A stretch of 64,000 bases of DNA from Paraspadella gotoi (taxonomy: Eukaryota > Animalia > Chaetognatha): NCBI GenBank assembly GCA_051294375.1, contig CM119266.1, positions 4,883,773 through 4,947,772 of the forward strand, read 5' to 3'. Positions 27,791-39,389 of this stretch are shown piece after piece. The position numbers and the translations under genes are program-made. Every line of letters starts with the position of its first letter. Positions within the stretch are counted from its first letter, which is position 1. The notes under the pieces are model-generated. The model saw only the letters and a program-made list of their open reading frames with translations, was not told the DNA's origin and did not search any database.

Positions 27791-29843
27791 TAAAAATTAA
27801 ACGATTTAATATTCTTTTCTGATAGTTTTATTTGCATTTAAAAATCCCCGATTTTTTCACTTCACATTTAAAAAAAAATTAATCCGTCCCAGGTTCAAAT
27901 CGTAGGCGACAAGTGATTTAAAATCGTTTATCCTTAAGTCGGAAACCGTTGGAAAAAAGGCTCGAGATGTCGCTTGAGTGTAGAAGGCGGAAGGGGGGGG
28001 GGAAGGGAGTAGAAGAAAGAGAAAAAAAAGATACAAATGGTTTAATGTGAAAAATGACTTGAATTTCTTCTCTCAAGAGGCGTGGGGGGGGTGCTGTGTG
28101 TGTGGGGGAGTTTGAAATGGATTCGCGATGAGGGAAATGAGTAAGAGAGAGAGAGAGAGAGAGAGCGCGATCGAAGATTTGAAAACGGAAGGTAATTGAC
28201 GTCGCAAATTTTAAGTCGAGATTCATTAGTCGCCGTGAATTTTTTTGAAGTTTTTGATATTATGATTTTTAAGGGAAAGTTGAAATAATATTTTGTCAAT
28301 TCTGAGGAAAAAGTTAGCTTAAAGCGAGATAATAAAAAACAAAAAAACAAAAAAACAAAAAACAAAACAACATCGAAAGAAAAAGGAGACATCGAGTGTG
28401 AACGCGGATAAAAGAATCAAAAGGAAAAAAAAGAACATCGACCTCGTTCTCACGGGCAAAAGAAAATCGGGAAAGGGAGCTCGCGGCGATAATCAAAGAA
28501 TCAAAGATGGCGTCCTTTCTTTTGATGAGTTCCGATCATGATTTCCTCTGGCGGATATTTTTTTTTGGGGGGGGAGTGGTGGTTAAAGTTGAGGTGGTTT
28601 TGGGGTGGAAAAAGTGATGTTGAGGGGGTGATGTTCAAAAGGCGATACGGAGTAAATGTGAGACTGGAAGGAGAAAAAAAAAGATTTGTGAGTAACCCGA
28701 CAGTTATAATCTCGATAAACGAGGGGAGGTAAATAATGAAAAAGAAACTAATTGTGTGAAAATAAACATTGTAGGTGGCGCGGCGGTGGAGATCTTGCGT
28801 GGAGGAAGTGAAGAAAAAAAGGGAAACGAAAAGACGAGGAGAGAGAGAGAGCGCGAGCTGTGGCCGACGGCGGTGACGCTAACCAAAGGAAAGGATGAAT
28901 TAAAAATGGATAAAATGACAAAAAAGTCTTGTTCGCTAAAAATAAGAGTAAACCAATGAGCAAGCAGACGATCGAGCCAACAAGGAATTGCCATTCTATT
29001 GGTATTCCTGCGTGCACAAAGGGAATAGAAAACGGAGTAAAATAAAAAAATTGGAAAAAAACCGATAAGAAATATGTACTATTTTGCGTAAGACAAATAC
29101 TGAAAGAAGAAATGAGAAGTCGTAAAAAGGAAAAAAAAAAGGAAAATAAAATAAGGAAAAAAATAGAAAAAATAGAAAAAAGAAAAAAAAGGAAAGACTA
29201 TAATCAAGCGTTCGGTTCGCAGCTCGCGGTTTTCCCTTTAGAAGACCCGCGGGTGGGGCTGGGCATGGGTGTGCCCAGGTTGGGTGGAAGGGCCATTCCG
29301 AAAAAAAGGCGCCCCCCCTTTTTCTTCTTTGTATCACGTGACTCTTTTCGAGTTCTGGGTGAAAAAGGGAAGCCGAAAGAAAAGTGAGAATTTAGTCATT
29401 TGAGCTCCCAAAATGAAACCAATTATTAACAGTTCTGTGTAATTGATAAAAAGAAGACATTTAACAATCGAGGTACATATATATTATACGTACTACGTAA
29501 GATAAAAATACACCTACAGTGTATGATGGACCGAATAAACAGCAGTTGGAGAAGATAATCTCCACAATTTATGGATACAATAGGCGAGTTAACAAAAATA
29601 AATCGGTAATCAAATAAGCAATCATTCGTTCTCATTAAAGAAAATATTTTTTTAGTTTTAAAACAAAATTAAAGGTTAATATCGAAAGATATTTAACAGA
29701 TATTTAACAGTCAGTCCAAATAAAAACTTTTAACTTTGCCTATCTCTGATAAAATAATCCAATAACCGAAATTTCATTAACAATAAATAACGAAATAAAA
29801 AAAACAAAAAACAATCGATAAAGATAACAAAATAACGACAGCG

Positions 29844-30207
29844 TCATAGCATGTGCGGCATAGGCGTGAGACGCGGCAGAGCCGTTTCCAGCTGCTCCAT
29901 TTCCAGCTGCTCCATTTCGATCTCTTCTCCTCTGACGATCCTTTCCTCTTCCTGCTCCGACTCGGCGCAGCGATGCATCCAAGCCGCGACAAAGACGACG
30001 CCGAAGATGATGATGACAAAGTAGGTCCCGAAGAGGCCGCCAGTGAGGAGCCTGTCGGCCTGTCGGTACGTGAGGACGCCGTTGTAGCGAAGACTGTCGG
30101 CTATGGTCTTGAAGATGATGACCGGAGCCATGAAGATGACGAAGACGACGATGTAGCAGAAGGCCTCGAAGCGGGTTGAGCGGAGGGCGCTTTTGAATTG
30201 GCTCCAT
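29844..30207 (-). CDS. Nested MARCH-like E3 ligase, exon 3 (two TM helices and acidic tail, ends ..RLTPMPHML*)
   Basis: Acceptor ctcttcttctccag, phase 2 entry, 364 nt to TGA. Hydrophobic segments AFCYIVVFVIFMAPVIIF and LLTGGLFGTYFVIIIFGVVFVAAWM; strong C-ending codon bias. Confidence 0.88.
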
Positions 30208-30910
30208 CTGGAGAAGAAGAGAATGAAGACTGGTTTGAGAGATGGTGATAGATAGAGAGAAGGAAGTAATAGTGGATACGATCTAAAAATTTTGGATTTA
30301 TAAAATGAAAAAAATGTAGATGAAGAGAATAAATAAATAGTGGATAGAGGGGATGAAGAAATTGTTGGTATAGAAAATTTAGACAGAAAAAAAGACAGTA
30401 GATGGAAATAATGAATAAACTGTGAAGTCGAGCTAAACAAGCAAGGCAGAGAAAAGGTGAGAGAGGAAGCAACTCAGCTGCTTGAAAAAGAAAGACCCAT
30501 TTACATATGCAACAAATTCAAAATCGGTTTCGGATTTAAATTAAAACCCGGTTGAAAAACAAATGATCTCACGAGGGAAGGTCGTGATGCATTGAAGTAG
30601 GAGTGGATTTAACTTGTAAACGATTGTTCACCATTAGGTTGTTTGGTTGCAAAGGTTTAAGAATTAAGCGATAAAGATTATGTTAATGATTTAGTTAAGA
30701 TTAGAATTAGAGATTAGGATTAGGGAAATGCTTAATGTTTAGGGTTTAACGTTAGGGATTTTGGAAATTATTAAGATTAAATATTAAGGTTAGGGATTAA
30801 GGAATAGAAATTAGGCGTTTTCGGAAAATAGTACCTCTCAATAAGAGGGTGAAGCAATAAGATTATAACCCTCTTCATTTCCTTAAATATATTCTGAGAA
30901 TCCTCGGTTC

Positions 30911-30962
30911 CTAAGAGCTCCCACTAAGAGCTCCCACTAAGAGCTCCCACTAAGAGCTCCCA
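30911..30962. repeat. 13-bp tandem repeat x4
   Basis: Unit ctaagagctccca. Confidence 0.85.
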
Positions 30963-31835
30963 AGTGCTCCGGCTCGAATTTAAGCTCTGGATCCTGAGAA
31001 CCAAATAAAGTTCGTCCTCTGGACAAGAATGACCTCGGAAGGTGGAGACTCGATAATTAACCTCCTTCGTCTGACCAAAATAATTGTCCCAAAAAAAAAG
31101 AGGAAAAAGAGACGAATCCTTTCCCCATCGTCTGAATTAATGGAGAGGAAAAGAGAGTAAGAAAACTTATATTTGTTTAATGTTTACATTTAAACAATTA
31201 AGTTCACATTTAGACATGTACTCAATTTAACAATTATGGAACCAGAATATATTGCAACTTTTGTATTTGGGTTTCGACCATTGCCAATATTACGCCCGCC
31301 CACGAATATATTTATCTCTCTCTGTCTCTGTCTTTCTTTCTCTCTCCTCAGAAAAATGGAAGCACGTCTGTTCACGTCGAAAAGGAAACGTGACAATACT
31401 TCCGGAGAGGTCACGTGACAATACTTCCGGAGAGGTCGAGTTTCGTGCGTGAAAAAATTTTATTGGTCCTGGACTTTGTTTGTTTATATATTCAAAAAAT
31501 ATTTAAACTAATAAACTAAGTTTTTTTTAGAGAGAAACTGAACAAACTAGTGTCGGTGGAAGTGGGACGGGGGTGAGGACGTCGAGTGGATGTGGACGAG
31601 AGGGTTGAGGGGTTGAGGACAGGTCCATGTAAAGGGGCGCGTTTTCTTGGGGAGGGCGGGTATGACTGGGTCTTTACCGAGTTCAGCTGATAATCTAAGT
31701 CATATATGTATATATAAGGCGGGTCAAAATTGAACACTTTTTATAACTTTAATTCTCTCAAAAAAATTCCTTTTTTCCTTCTATTACTAAATCGATTTTC
31801 AATGTAACTTTTTGAATTAGTTCATTGGGTTGTTG

Positions 31836-32210
31836 CACTGAAGCTTTTAAATATTTATTAATATATAACAAATGACAAAAATTTTTTTTTTTGAAAATTA
31901 GTTTTTAAGAACGGATCCTATAGAGCTTGAAAAGTAAATAAAAGTTAGTACTACATTTTTTAAAATTTTGACAAGAAATTGGTTAAAAACAGAAAAAAAC
32001 TTAAAAAATCATCATCATCATCATCATCATTGGCTGAATTTTATAGTTTTTAAAATTTTTATCAATAAAACAAAAAAATTTTAAAATTTTGTATTAATAA
32101 CCTTCATCTAACTTTTAAAGCTCTATCAGAATCCATTAAAAAAATTGAAAAATTCAAAAAAAATTTTTAACTTATATAGTAATAAAATAATCTTTAAATG
32201 CTTCCGTGCG
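31836..32210. mobile_element. Degenerate palindromic MITE/foldback element in MARCH-like intron 2
   Basis: Left end gcactgaagcttttaaatatttatt pairs with right end aataatctttaaatgcttccgtgc; inner tagagcttgaaaagt pairs with acttttaaagctcta. (ATC)n at the centre. Confidence 0.6.
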
Positions 32211-33007
32211 CTTATTAATAAGATAATTTTTTAAATTATTTTTATTTTCATATTCTCTAACAGTCACTTTATCATTAATTTATTTGAGAGAACTTCTAGT
32301 TTTCAACCTGTTCCGCCTAATGTATAATGCTTATAACTTAAAAAAAAGTAAAGATCGCATAGTTTGTGTTATAATTCTTAAAATGACCAAAACGATTGTT
32401 AAGTAATAAACTTGACTTACAGCGAAGGCCGTGGGTCCAGAGTCTTGCTTAAGAATGGCCTCTAGTTCTCTAGACTGCTGCTGGTTTGACCGGGGGAAGG
32501 GGGGGGGAAATGGTATTTTGCCGGAAACGAGGACATGGATCGGAGAAGAATGGCACGTGGAAGATGGCAAGGAGATAGCAAGAAGATGGCGAGATGGAGA
32601 TGGATGGAGATTGGAGAGATGGCACGGAGTAAGAGATGGCGCGAAGAAGAGATGGCAACAAAGGGAGATGCGTCGTCAAGAATCGTAATAAGAAAACCAG
32701 AAAAGAAGACGCGTCGCTCGAACGCTCAAATAAATTGACGGGTCAACGAGGAAAAGGCGCTTGAGAGAGGGAATGAGAGAGAGAGAGACAGAGGAGGAGA
32801 CAGGGGTCTAAGTCATGCGATGTTAAGAATGCAGATATTTATAAAAGTCACTTCTCTATTCTGCGATGCGACTAAAAATAAGAATTTTTGTTTTGTTTTA
32901 TTGCATCACGATATTTTTAAATAGTTTTTTGTGAAGGGAATTGTTGGAAAACTGTTTTAACTGTACGCAGAATGGCGAGACGGTGAAAAACGAGAGGGAA
33001 AGACTAA

Positions 33008-33044
<37 letters not shown>

Positions 33045-33329
33045 AATAGAAGAGCTCTCGCAAGAGAGAACGTCGATTGGCCGCAAACGAAACGACTGCG
33101 CCACTAATATCGCTAGTATAGTTCACACTTTTCCACGAGGGTCGACGTTGTGAATGGCGCCGTGACACAAGTTCACATCACAACTCAAGTATCACAATAT
33201 AACCTCTACAACTTGAGGATCGGAAAAAGTGAATAAGGAGTGACAGCTTTATATCACGATAACAGCATGCAGTGGTGTAGTCAGTCATTGCCCAAGTTCA
33301 CCCTGCCTATAACTTGACAACTTCAGTCG

Positions 33330-33500
33330 TGAACCGGTGGCTCATTGGGTAAAGCCATCAGCGTGAGGACGACTGTAAGCCGCCTTGGGGATGTGGAAAA
33401 TCCACTCGCCTGGTTCCAAGCCCGGGACCCGTTCAATTGCTGCTGAGGGGGCACAGGAGATACTGATGGTCGTCTTCATCCACAGTGGCATCATCACAGT
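33330..33500 (+). mobile_element. tRNA-derived SINE-like element (second copy ~34535-34700 in duplicated block)
   Basis: Pol III A-box-like tggctcattggg (~33338) and B-box-like ggttccaagccc (~33412). Spacing is too long for a standard tRNA and no cloverleaf is evident. Confidence 0.4.
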
Positions 33501-33533
33501 ATTAATATCACAATATCACAAATATCATTTCAC

Positions 33534-33639
33534 CTCGATGGTCGACACCGGAAGTGTGAGTTGCACAATTCGCACGTCTTCGTTTCTGAAAGAAGAATCC
33601 ACTGGAGGGCGCAGTCTTTGTGGATGAAGGCGGCCGAAC
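33534..33639 (-). CDS. Nested MARCH-like E3 ligase, exon 2, intact copy (GSAAFIHKDCALQWILLSETKTCELCNSHFRCRPSR)
   Basis: Acceptor tttctattccag, donor AG|gtgaaa, 106 nt, phase 1->2. HxxC..W..CELC completes the C4HC3 pattern; in frame with exons 1 and 3. Confidence 0.88.
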
Positions 33640-34204
33640 CTGGAATAGAAAAATTGGGGGGATTGAATTTTGATGGTTGGAAAGAGTTGATAGATTATCT
33701 TTAAAATNNNNNNNNNNNNNNNNNNNNNNNNNAAAAAAGAAGAGATTTGGAGATTGGAGAGATGGCACGGAGTAGAGATGGCGCGAAGGAGAGATGGGCA
33801 CGGAGTAGAGATGGCGCGAAGGAGAGATGGCACAAAGGAGAGATGACCGACGCATCTCCCTTTGTGCCATCTCTTCTTCGCGCCAAGAATCGTAATAAGA
33901 AAACCAGAAAAGAAGACGCGTCGCTCGACGCTCAAAATAAATTGACGGGTCAACGAGGAAAAGGCGCTTGAGAGAGAGGGAATGAGGAGAGAGAGACAGA
34001 GGTCTATGTCACTGCGATGTTAAGAATGCAGATATTTATAAAAGTCACTTCTCTATTCTGCGATGCACTAAAAATAAGAATTTTTGTTTTGTTTTATTGC
34101 ATCACGATATTTTTAAATAGTTTTTTGTGAAGGGAATTGTTGGAAAACTGTTTTAACTGTACGCAAGAATGGCGAGACGGTGAAAAACGAGAGGGAAAGA
34201 CTAA

Positions 34205-34245
<41 letters not shown>

Positions 34246-34741
34246 AAATAGAAGAGCTCTCGCAAGAAAGAACGTCGATTGGCGCAAACGAAAAGACTGC
34301 GCCACTAATATCGCTAGTATAGTTCACACTTTTCCACGAGGGTCGACGTTGTGAATGGCGCCGTGAGACAAAATCACATCACAACTCACAAGTATCACAA
34401 TATACCCTCTACAACTTGAGGATCGGAAAAAGTGAATAACGAGTGATAGCTTTATATTATGATAACAGCATGCAGTGATGTAGTCGGGCATTGCCAAGTT
34501 CACCCCTGCCTATAACATGACACCTTCAGTCGTGACCCGGTGGCTCATTGGGTAAAGCCATCAGCGTGAGGACGGCCGTAAGCCGCCTTGGGCATGTGGA
34601 AAAGCCTCTCGCCTGGTTCCAAGCCCAGGACCCGTTCCATTGCTGCTGAGGGGGCACAGAATATACTGATGGTCGTCTTCAGCCCAATTAGCGCCTTATC
34701 CACACAGTATTAATATCACAATATCACAAATATCATTTCAC

Positions 34742-34846
34742 CTCGATGGTCGACACGGAAGTGTGAGTTGCACAATTCGCACGTCTTCGTTTCTGAAAGA
34801 AGAATCCACTGGAGGGCGCAGTCTTTGTGGATGAAGGCGGCCGAAC
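34742..34846 (-). CDS. Redundant copy of MARCH-like exon 2, 1 nt shorter (out of frame with exon 3)
   Basis: Identical to 33534-33639 except for one missing base (cacggaag vs caccggaag). Lies in the block duplicated across the 25-N gap. Confidence 0.6.
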
Positions 34847-35061
34847 CTGGAATAGAAAAATTGGGGGGATTGAATTTGAATGGAAGGAGTTGATAGATTA
34901 TCTTTAAAATGGAATATTTCGAGCGAATTAACAGTGATAAAGTTGTTAGTAGTACAGAATAAATATAGTATGTACACGTAAGTTTCTTTATATTAAATAT
35001 ATATTTTATCTTAGCAATTTCGAAAAATGGCTAGAAAGTGGCCGAGAGAGAAGAAGGAGAG

Positions 35062-35093
<32 letters not shown>

Positions 35094-35223
35094 AAAAAGA
35101 AAGAAAAAGGATAGTTATACAGCACGAAGCCAACCTGGACACAATTAAAATAATCTGGACATAACATTGTTAAATGAGACAAATCCTCAGAAAAAGCCTT
35201 ACCTCAGCCGAGCTTAAACTTAC

Positions 35224-35353
35224 CCTTACAATCGCAGGGAGAAATAAGCGGAAGGGCCGAATCGTCGTCATGACAATATCGGCAGATTCGATCTTCCGGA
35301 GAAATCGATTCTTCATCGACGCCGGAAATTCTCGGTTCCGATATCAATTTCAT
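35224..35353 (-). CDS. Nested MARCH-like RING-CH E3 ligase, exon 1 (MKLISEPRISGVDEESISPEDRICRYCHDDDSALPLISPCDCK)
   Basis: ATG preceded by an A-run; CRYCH..LISPCxCKG is the N-terminal half of a RINGv/RING-CH domain; donor G|gtaagt, 130 nt, phase 1. Confidence 0.9.
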
Positions 35354-35787
35354 TTTTTTTTCGGAGATTTTTAGTTTGATAAATTTTTAAAAATGTTTGG
35401 TTTATAATTTGTGTGTTTTTTTTTGTGGTTTAATTGGGTTTGGTTTTGTCGTTTGTGGATTTTTGTGTTTTTGTGTTTTTGTTTTGTTTTTTTTGGTCGG
35501 GAGCACGAGTAATAATTTACTTTTTAAAAAGTTTATTTACTTTTTATGACAAGTTTTTCGCGTGAATATTATTTTATACCATTTTTTGATCATTCAATGT
35601 TTTTTTTTTCGAATAACAGTAAAATCAGAAAACGATTTTCAAGTGAGACGAAAAGGATTTTTGATAAATAATTATTTTGTTTCTTTTGTGGATTTTACGT
35701 TGATTTTGTTTCGCTCTTCCTTTTGAATAAGAATTCCGTATTTATGAGGTCAATAACGAGTTTCTATCTTTGGGCTTCTTTTATTTT

Positions 35788-35829
<42 letters not shown>

Positions 35830-36083
35830 GTGTGTGTGACCGAATCCCCCACGAGATAAAGAGAGAGAAAAAAACAATAACCTTGCCCGTTATGACCTTC
35901 GCCCATTCGAGGAGTTTAACCCCCGCAATTTCTCACTCTCTGATTGGCTAGTTTTTGGCCTCGTGACGACAGAGTGAGGTCTCTCAATGAAGAGGGTAAG
36001 GTAATTCGACGCCCGGCGAAACGAGGAAAACTGCGAGTTTGCTAGGGGGGGGTTAGGTCAGTTCGAGGGTTGATTTATTAGAG

Positions 36084-36146
<63 letters not shown>

Positions 36147-36695
36147 CAGTCATTGATTTATTTACGCGTCGTGCGGGTGAAAATTAAGGAAAAACCATAA
36201 GAAAGAAAGAAAACCATTGTTAACATGAACGTTAAAGATCGCGAGGGTCTTCACGGAATCCCAGTTTCTAAAGAGGATGTGGTCACTGAATGTGATTAGT
36301 CACGTGAATTGACTTTACGATTCTGCGGGCTGAAAGAGGGGGGGGCGGTTGCGGTGAGTGGGGGCAGAATTTGACGATTTAATAATAAAATCTGTTAAAA
36401 AAATTCGGTTTTAAACTACATCTGCATAGATTTTTAAAAAGCTTAATATTTGTAAACAGAGAAAATTAATAAGGCCTCGGTATCCAAATATTGACATAAT
36501 TTGGATCAGTGAGACAAATAATCTGGTAAATTCACAAACATTAGGTTTCTTTACAAATTTATATGAGTTAAAACAAACTAAATTATGTTTAAATTCTCCT
36601 AATCCCTCTACTTTTTTCTCCCCTTTTCCCGCCATTATCTTTATAACAGTTCTTATCTTTATTATTTGTTTACCTTTTGTTTTATTTTTGTTCAG

Positions 36696-36793
36696 TCTCT
36701 CCGGATCCGCGGAGTCAAAAGAGGTCACCACTCGTCACAGTCTTCGTCTTCGTAACGCGACAGTCCTACGTCCTGTCTCTCATCATAATGATG
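36696..36793 (+). CDS. Piezo: Piezo exon (VSPDPRSQKRSPLVTVFVFVTRQSYVLSLIIMM), start of THU3/TM9
   Basis: Acceptor tttttgttcag, donor ATG|gtaatt, 98 nt, phase 1->0. QSYxxxLIxMM is a conserved Piezo motif. Confidence 0.9.
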
Positions 36794-38686
36794 GTAATTT
36801 GGAATAGGATTATAGCGATAAATAATTCAAAAGCATTCTTAAATTACATTTTGTGGGGTTCAAACGATTTATTTTTAATTGTTATTCAAAAAAAAAACCA
36901 CGATTAAATGAAATAATTGCGATGAAATTGAGACGGATCTCACCCTCTTAAGTCCCGAGTCCTTACCTTTTTTTATCCTCGTTCCTTCGATTTAAAGTAA
37001 CCAAAGTGTCAACTCCATTTGGTGCGAGAAAGATTTTTTTTCGAGTGGCCGAGTTTTAATTGAGCTTGAAAGCGTTTTTGAATTAGTTTAAATTAGAAAT
37101 ATATAGTATATGTGAACATTTCTTTAAATAAACGGTTAGTTTTGAAGGTTTTTGTCTAATTAATCCGAAAGATACGTTGCAGACGATATAACTGGTAAAC
37201 TTGTTTCTTCCACAACTCAATTTATCACAACACAAACTTGAGAATACAATTAATGGCTAAAAACTTTCAAGTTGGTTTAATTCCAATAACACACCACTTG
37301 TGTCACAAGCTATGAGGTATCAGGCTTTCCCGTTTCACTTGTAGATTCCTTCCAAATGCAAGACTTCCTTTGCCGGATGCAATGGAATCATCACTTCTTT
37401 CACCGCCACTCAATAGATTTTTCTAACTGATAAATAAGGTTGGACAATAAAATCTTTTATGCTTTAGACACAGTGAATTATGATGTGAAAGGTGTGCCAA
37501 AAATCCTTCAAGCGCTGGTAGCGCTAAGGGTGTTCAATCAATTTGAGTAGTGATTGGTGGAAACCTATTTTTTTAGGCCCACCCGTTTTGTGTTAGATGT
37601 TCTTTGCGATCCAAAAACCTTTTGGCATATGACTCACCCTAACCACCCCCCTCCCTCCACCGATTCCATGACGTCTTAAAAAAAAAGAAAAAAAGAAGTA
37701 AACAAACTGATCTTTTGTTCGAAAACGTACGATGTTATGGCCCTTGATTTAACGGTCGGCAAAAATCGCGAGGCTTCGGGCTTACACTTCCACTCCTCCC
37801 TCCCCCTCTAAAGGGGGGGCGGTCTCAATGCGCATTTCGGGGCCCCTTGCGTGCCCCATCGGGGCCCTAAAAGGATATTCCTCGCGTCCCCTCATACCGT
37901 TTGGAGATAGAGACAGAGAGAGACAGAGAGAGAGGAAAACACTAAAGCGGAATGGGAGGCGTAGCCAAAGATATTTCTCTCTTCCACCTCTGGCTTTTTA
38001 TCGTTGGATGCTCGACCTTATTTTCGAAGGACGCCTCGTTTCATTTTAAATTCAGAACTAAGTTATTTTTTAAGTTTAAAGATTAGGCTAAGGATTTGGG
38101 TCGGGGATTAAATTGGTTATGAAGGTTAGGAAAGAAGGTTAGGTTTAGAGTTAGCGGTTAGTGATTAGGGTAAAAAAATTGTTCAAGCTTAGTCATTAGG
38201 GTTAAAGAACAAGGTATAGAATTATATATTAAGTTAAATAATAAAATAAGAGTAAAATTTATTTTTATTTTTATTTTTTTTAATTTAAAAACAATTATTA
38301 ATTACCCTAACCCTTAATCCTCTTAACCCTATCTACCCCTAACCTTAAACACCCTTTAACCCCGGTCGGTGAAAGTCAAATTAATTTATATTATGATTAA
38401 ATATTAAAATTAAATTTAGCGATCAAGGAATGGAAAAGGGGGAGTTTTTGAAAAAAAGAGCCGGATGCTCTTTTCTATCCTCTTGCCACTTATTACTTGT
38501 CCGCATCATCATTTACTTTACTGATCATATCTATTATTCTTCCGTCTTTATTCTTTTCTCATTCTCATTTCTCATTCATTTCTTCCTTTTTATTTTTCCT
38601 ATTTTCCTATTTTCCTACTCCTTTATTACTATTATTGCCTTAATTTCTTCTTCTTGCTTTGTCTCTTTATCTCTTTCTTTCAATTG

Positions 38687-38757
<71 letters not shown>

Positions 38758-39070
38758 ATGATTACTAAAGCCTTTTCTCTAGATCCATCTCCTCTCCGTA
38801 ATGGAAAAGGTCGTCTTTCTTAGGCTTCGGGGAATCAAGAAATGGGGATCGACATCTAGCGGCGAATATTTCCTCAGTTTAGTGTCACTCACTCTCTCTT
38901 TCTCCTCCCCTTTTCCCCTCTCTCCCTTTTCTACTTCTTCTCCCTTCCTCTCTCCTCTTTCATTCACACTCTCTAATTTTCCTATTTCTCTCTCTCTCTC
39001 TTTTTCCTCCCTTTTTCCTCCCCCCTCCCTCTCTCCCTTCCCTCTCTCGCCCACCCTCTTTATCTCCCCA

Positions 39071-39106
<36 letters not shown>

Positions 39107-39294
39107 TCTCCTCTCTCTCTCTCCTCTCTCTCTCCTCTCTTCACTCTCCCATCTTCTTTACTTCCTATTTTTTCTCTTCTTCCTCTTCTCTCTCTCTCTC
39201 TCTTTGTCTCTATTTCCCTCTGCACCTCCATCTCTCTTTCCTTCCCCTCCTTATCTCTCTCACTCTATCTCTCTCTCTCTCCCTCTTTTATCAG

Positions 39295-39389
39295 CAGTGG
39301 AGCGCAAACCACAGCCTGCTGACCTTCATCCTCTTGCTGTGGGCCTGTTTGATCTGGATGCTGCCCAACTCGCGCAACTGGTGTCTGAG
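39295..39389 (+). CDS. Piezo: Piezo exon (QWSANHSLLTFILLLWACLIWMLPNSRNWCLR), TM10
   Basis: Matches the Piezo WSITYHSWLTFVLLLWACLIW motif; donor AG|gtaagt, phase 0->2. The first codons are probably mis-called here, since the copy at ~50800 reads closer to WSVTYHS. Confidence 0.9.

Noticed and set aside
29853-30179. + strand acidic ORF (DKDDAEDDDDK..) as a Piezo exon
   Set aside because: It is the antisense shadow of the GTC/ATC/TTC-rich TM codons of the nested gene and has no convincing + strand splice sites.
32421-32480. 60-nt - strand cassette exon with a gtaagt donor in MARCH intron 2
   Set aside because: In the required phase 2 it contains a TAG stop, and exon 2 already joins exon 3 in frame.
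33330-33430. Functional tRNA gene
   Set aside because: A-B box spacing is about 60 nt with no cloverleaf or poly-T terminator; better explained as a SINE head.
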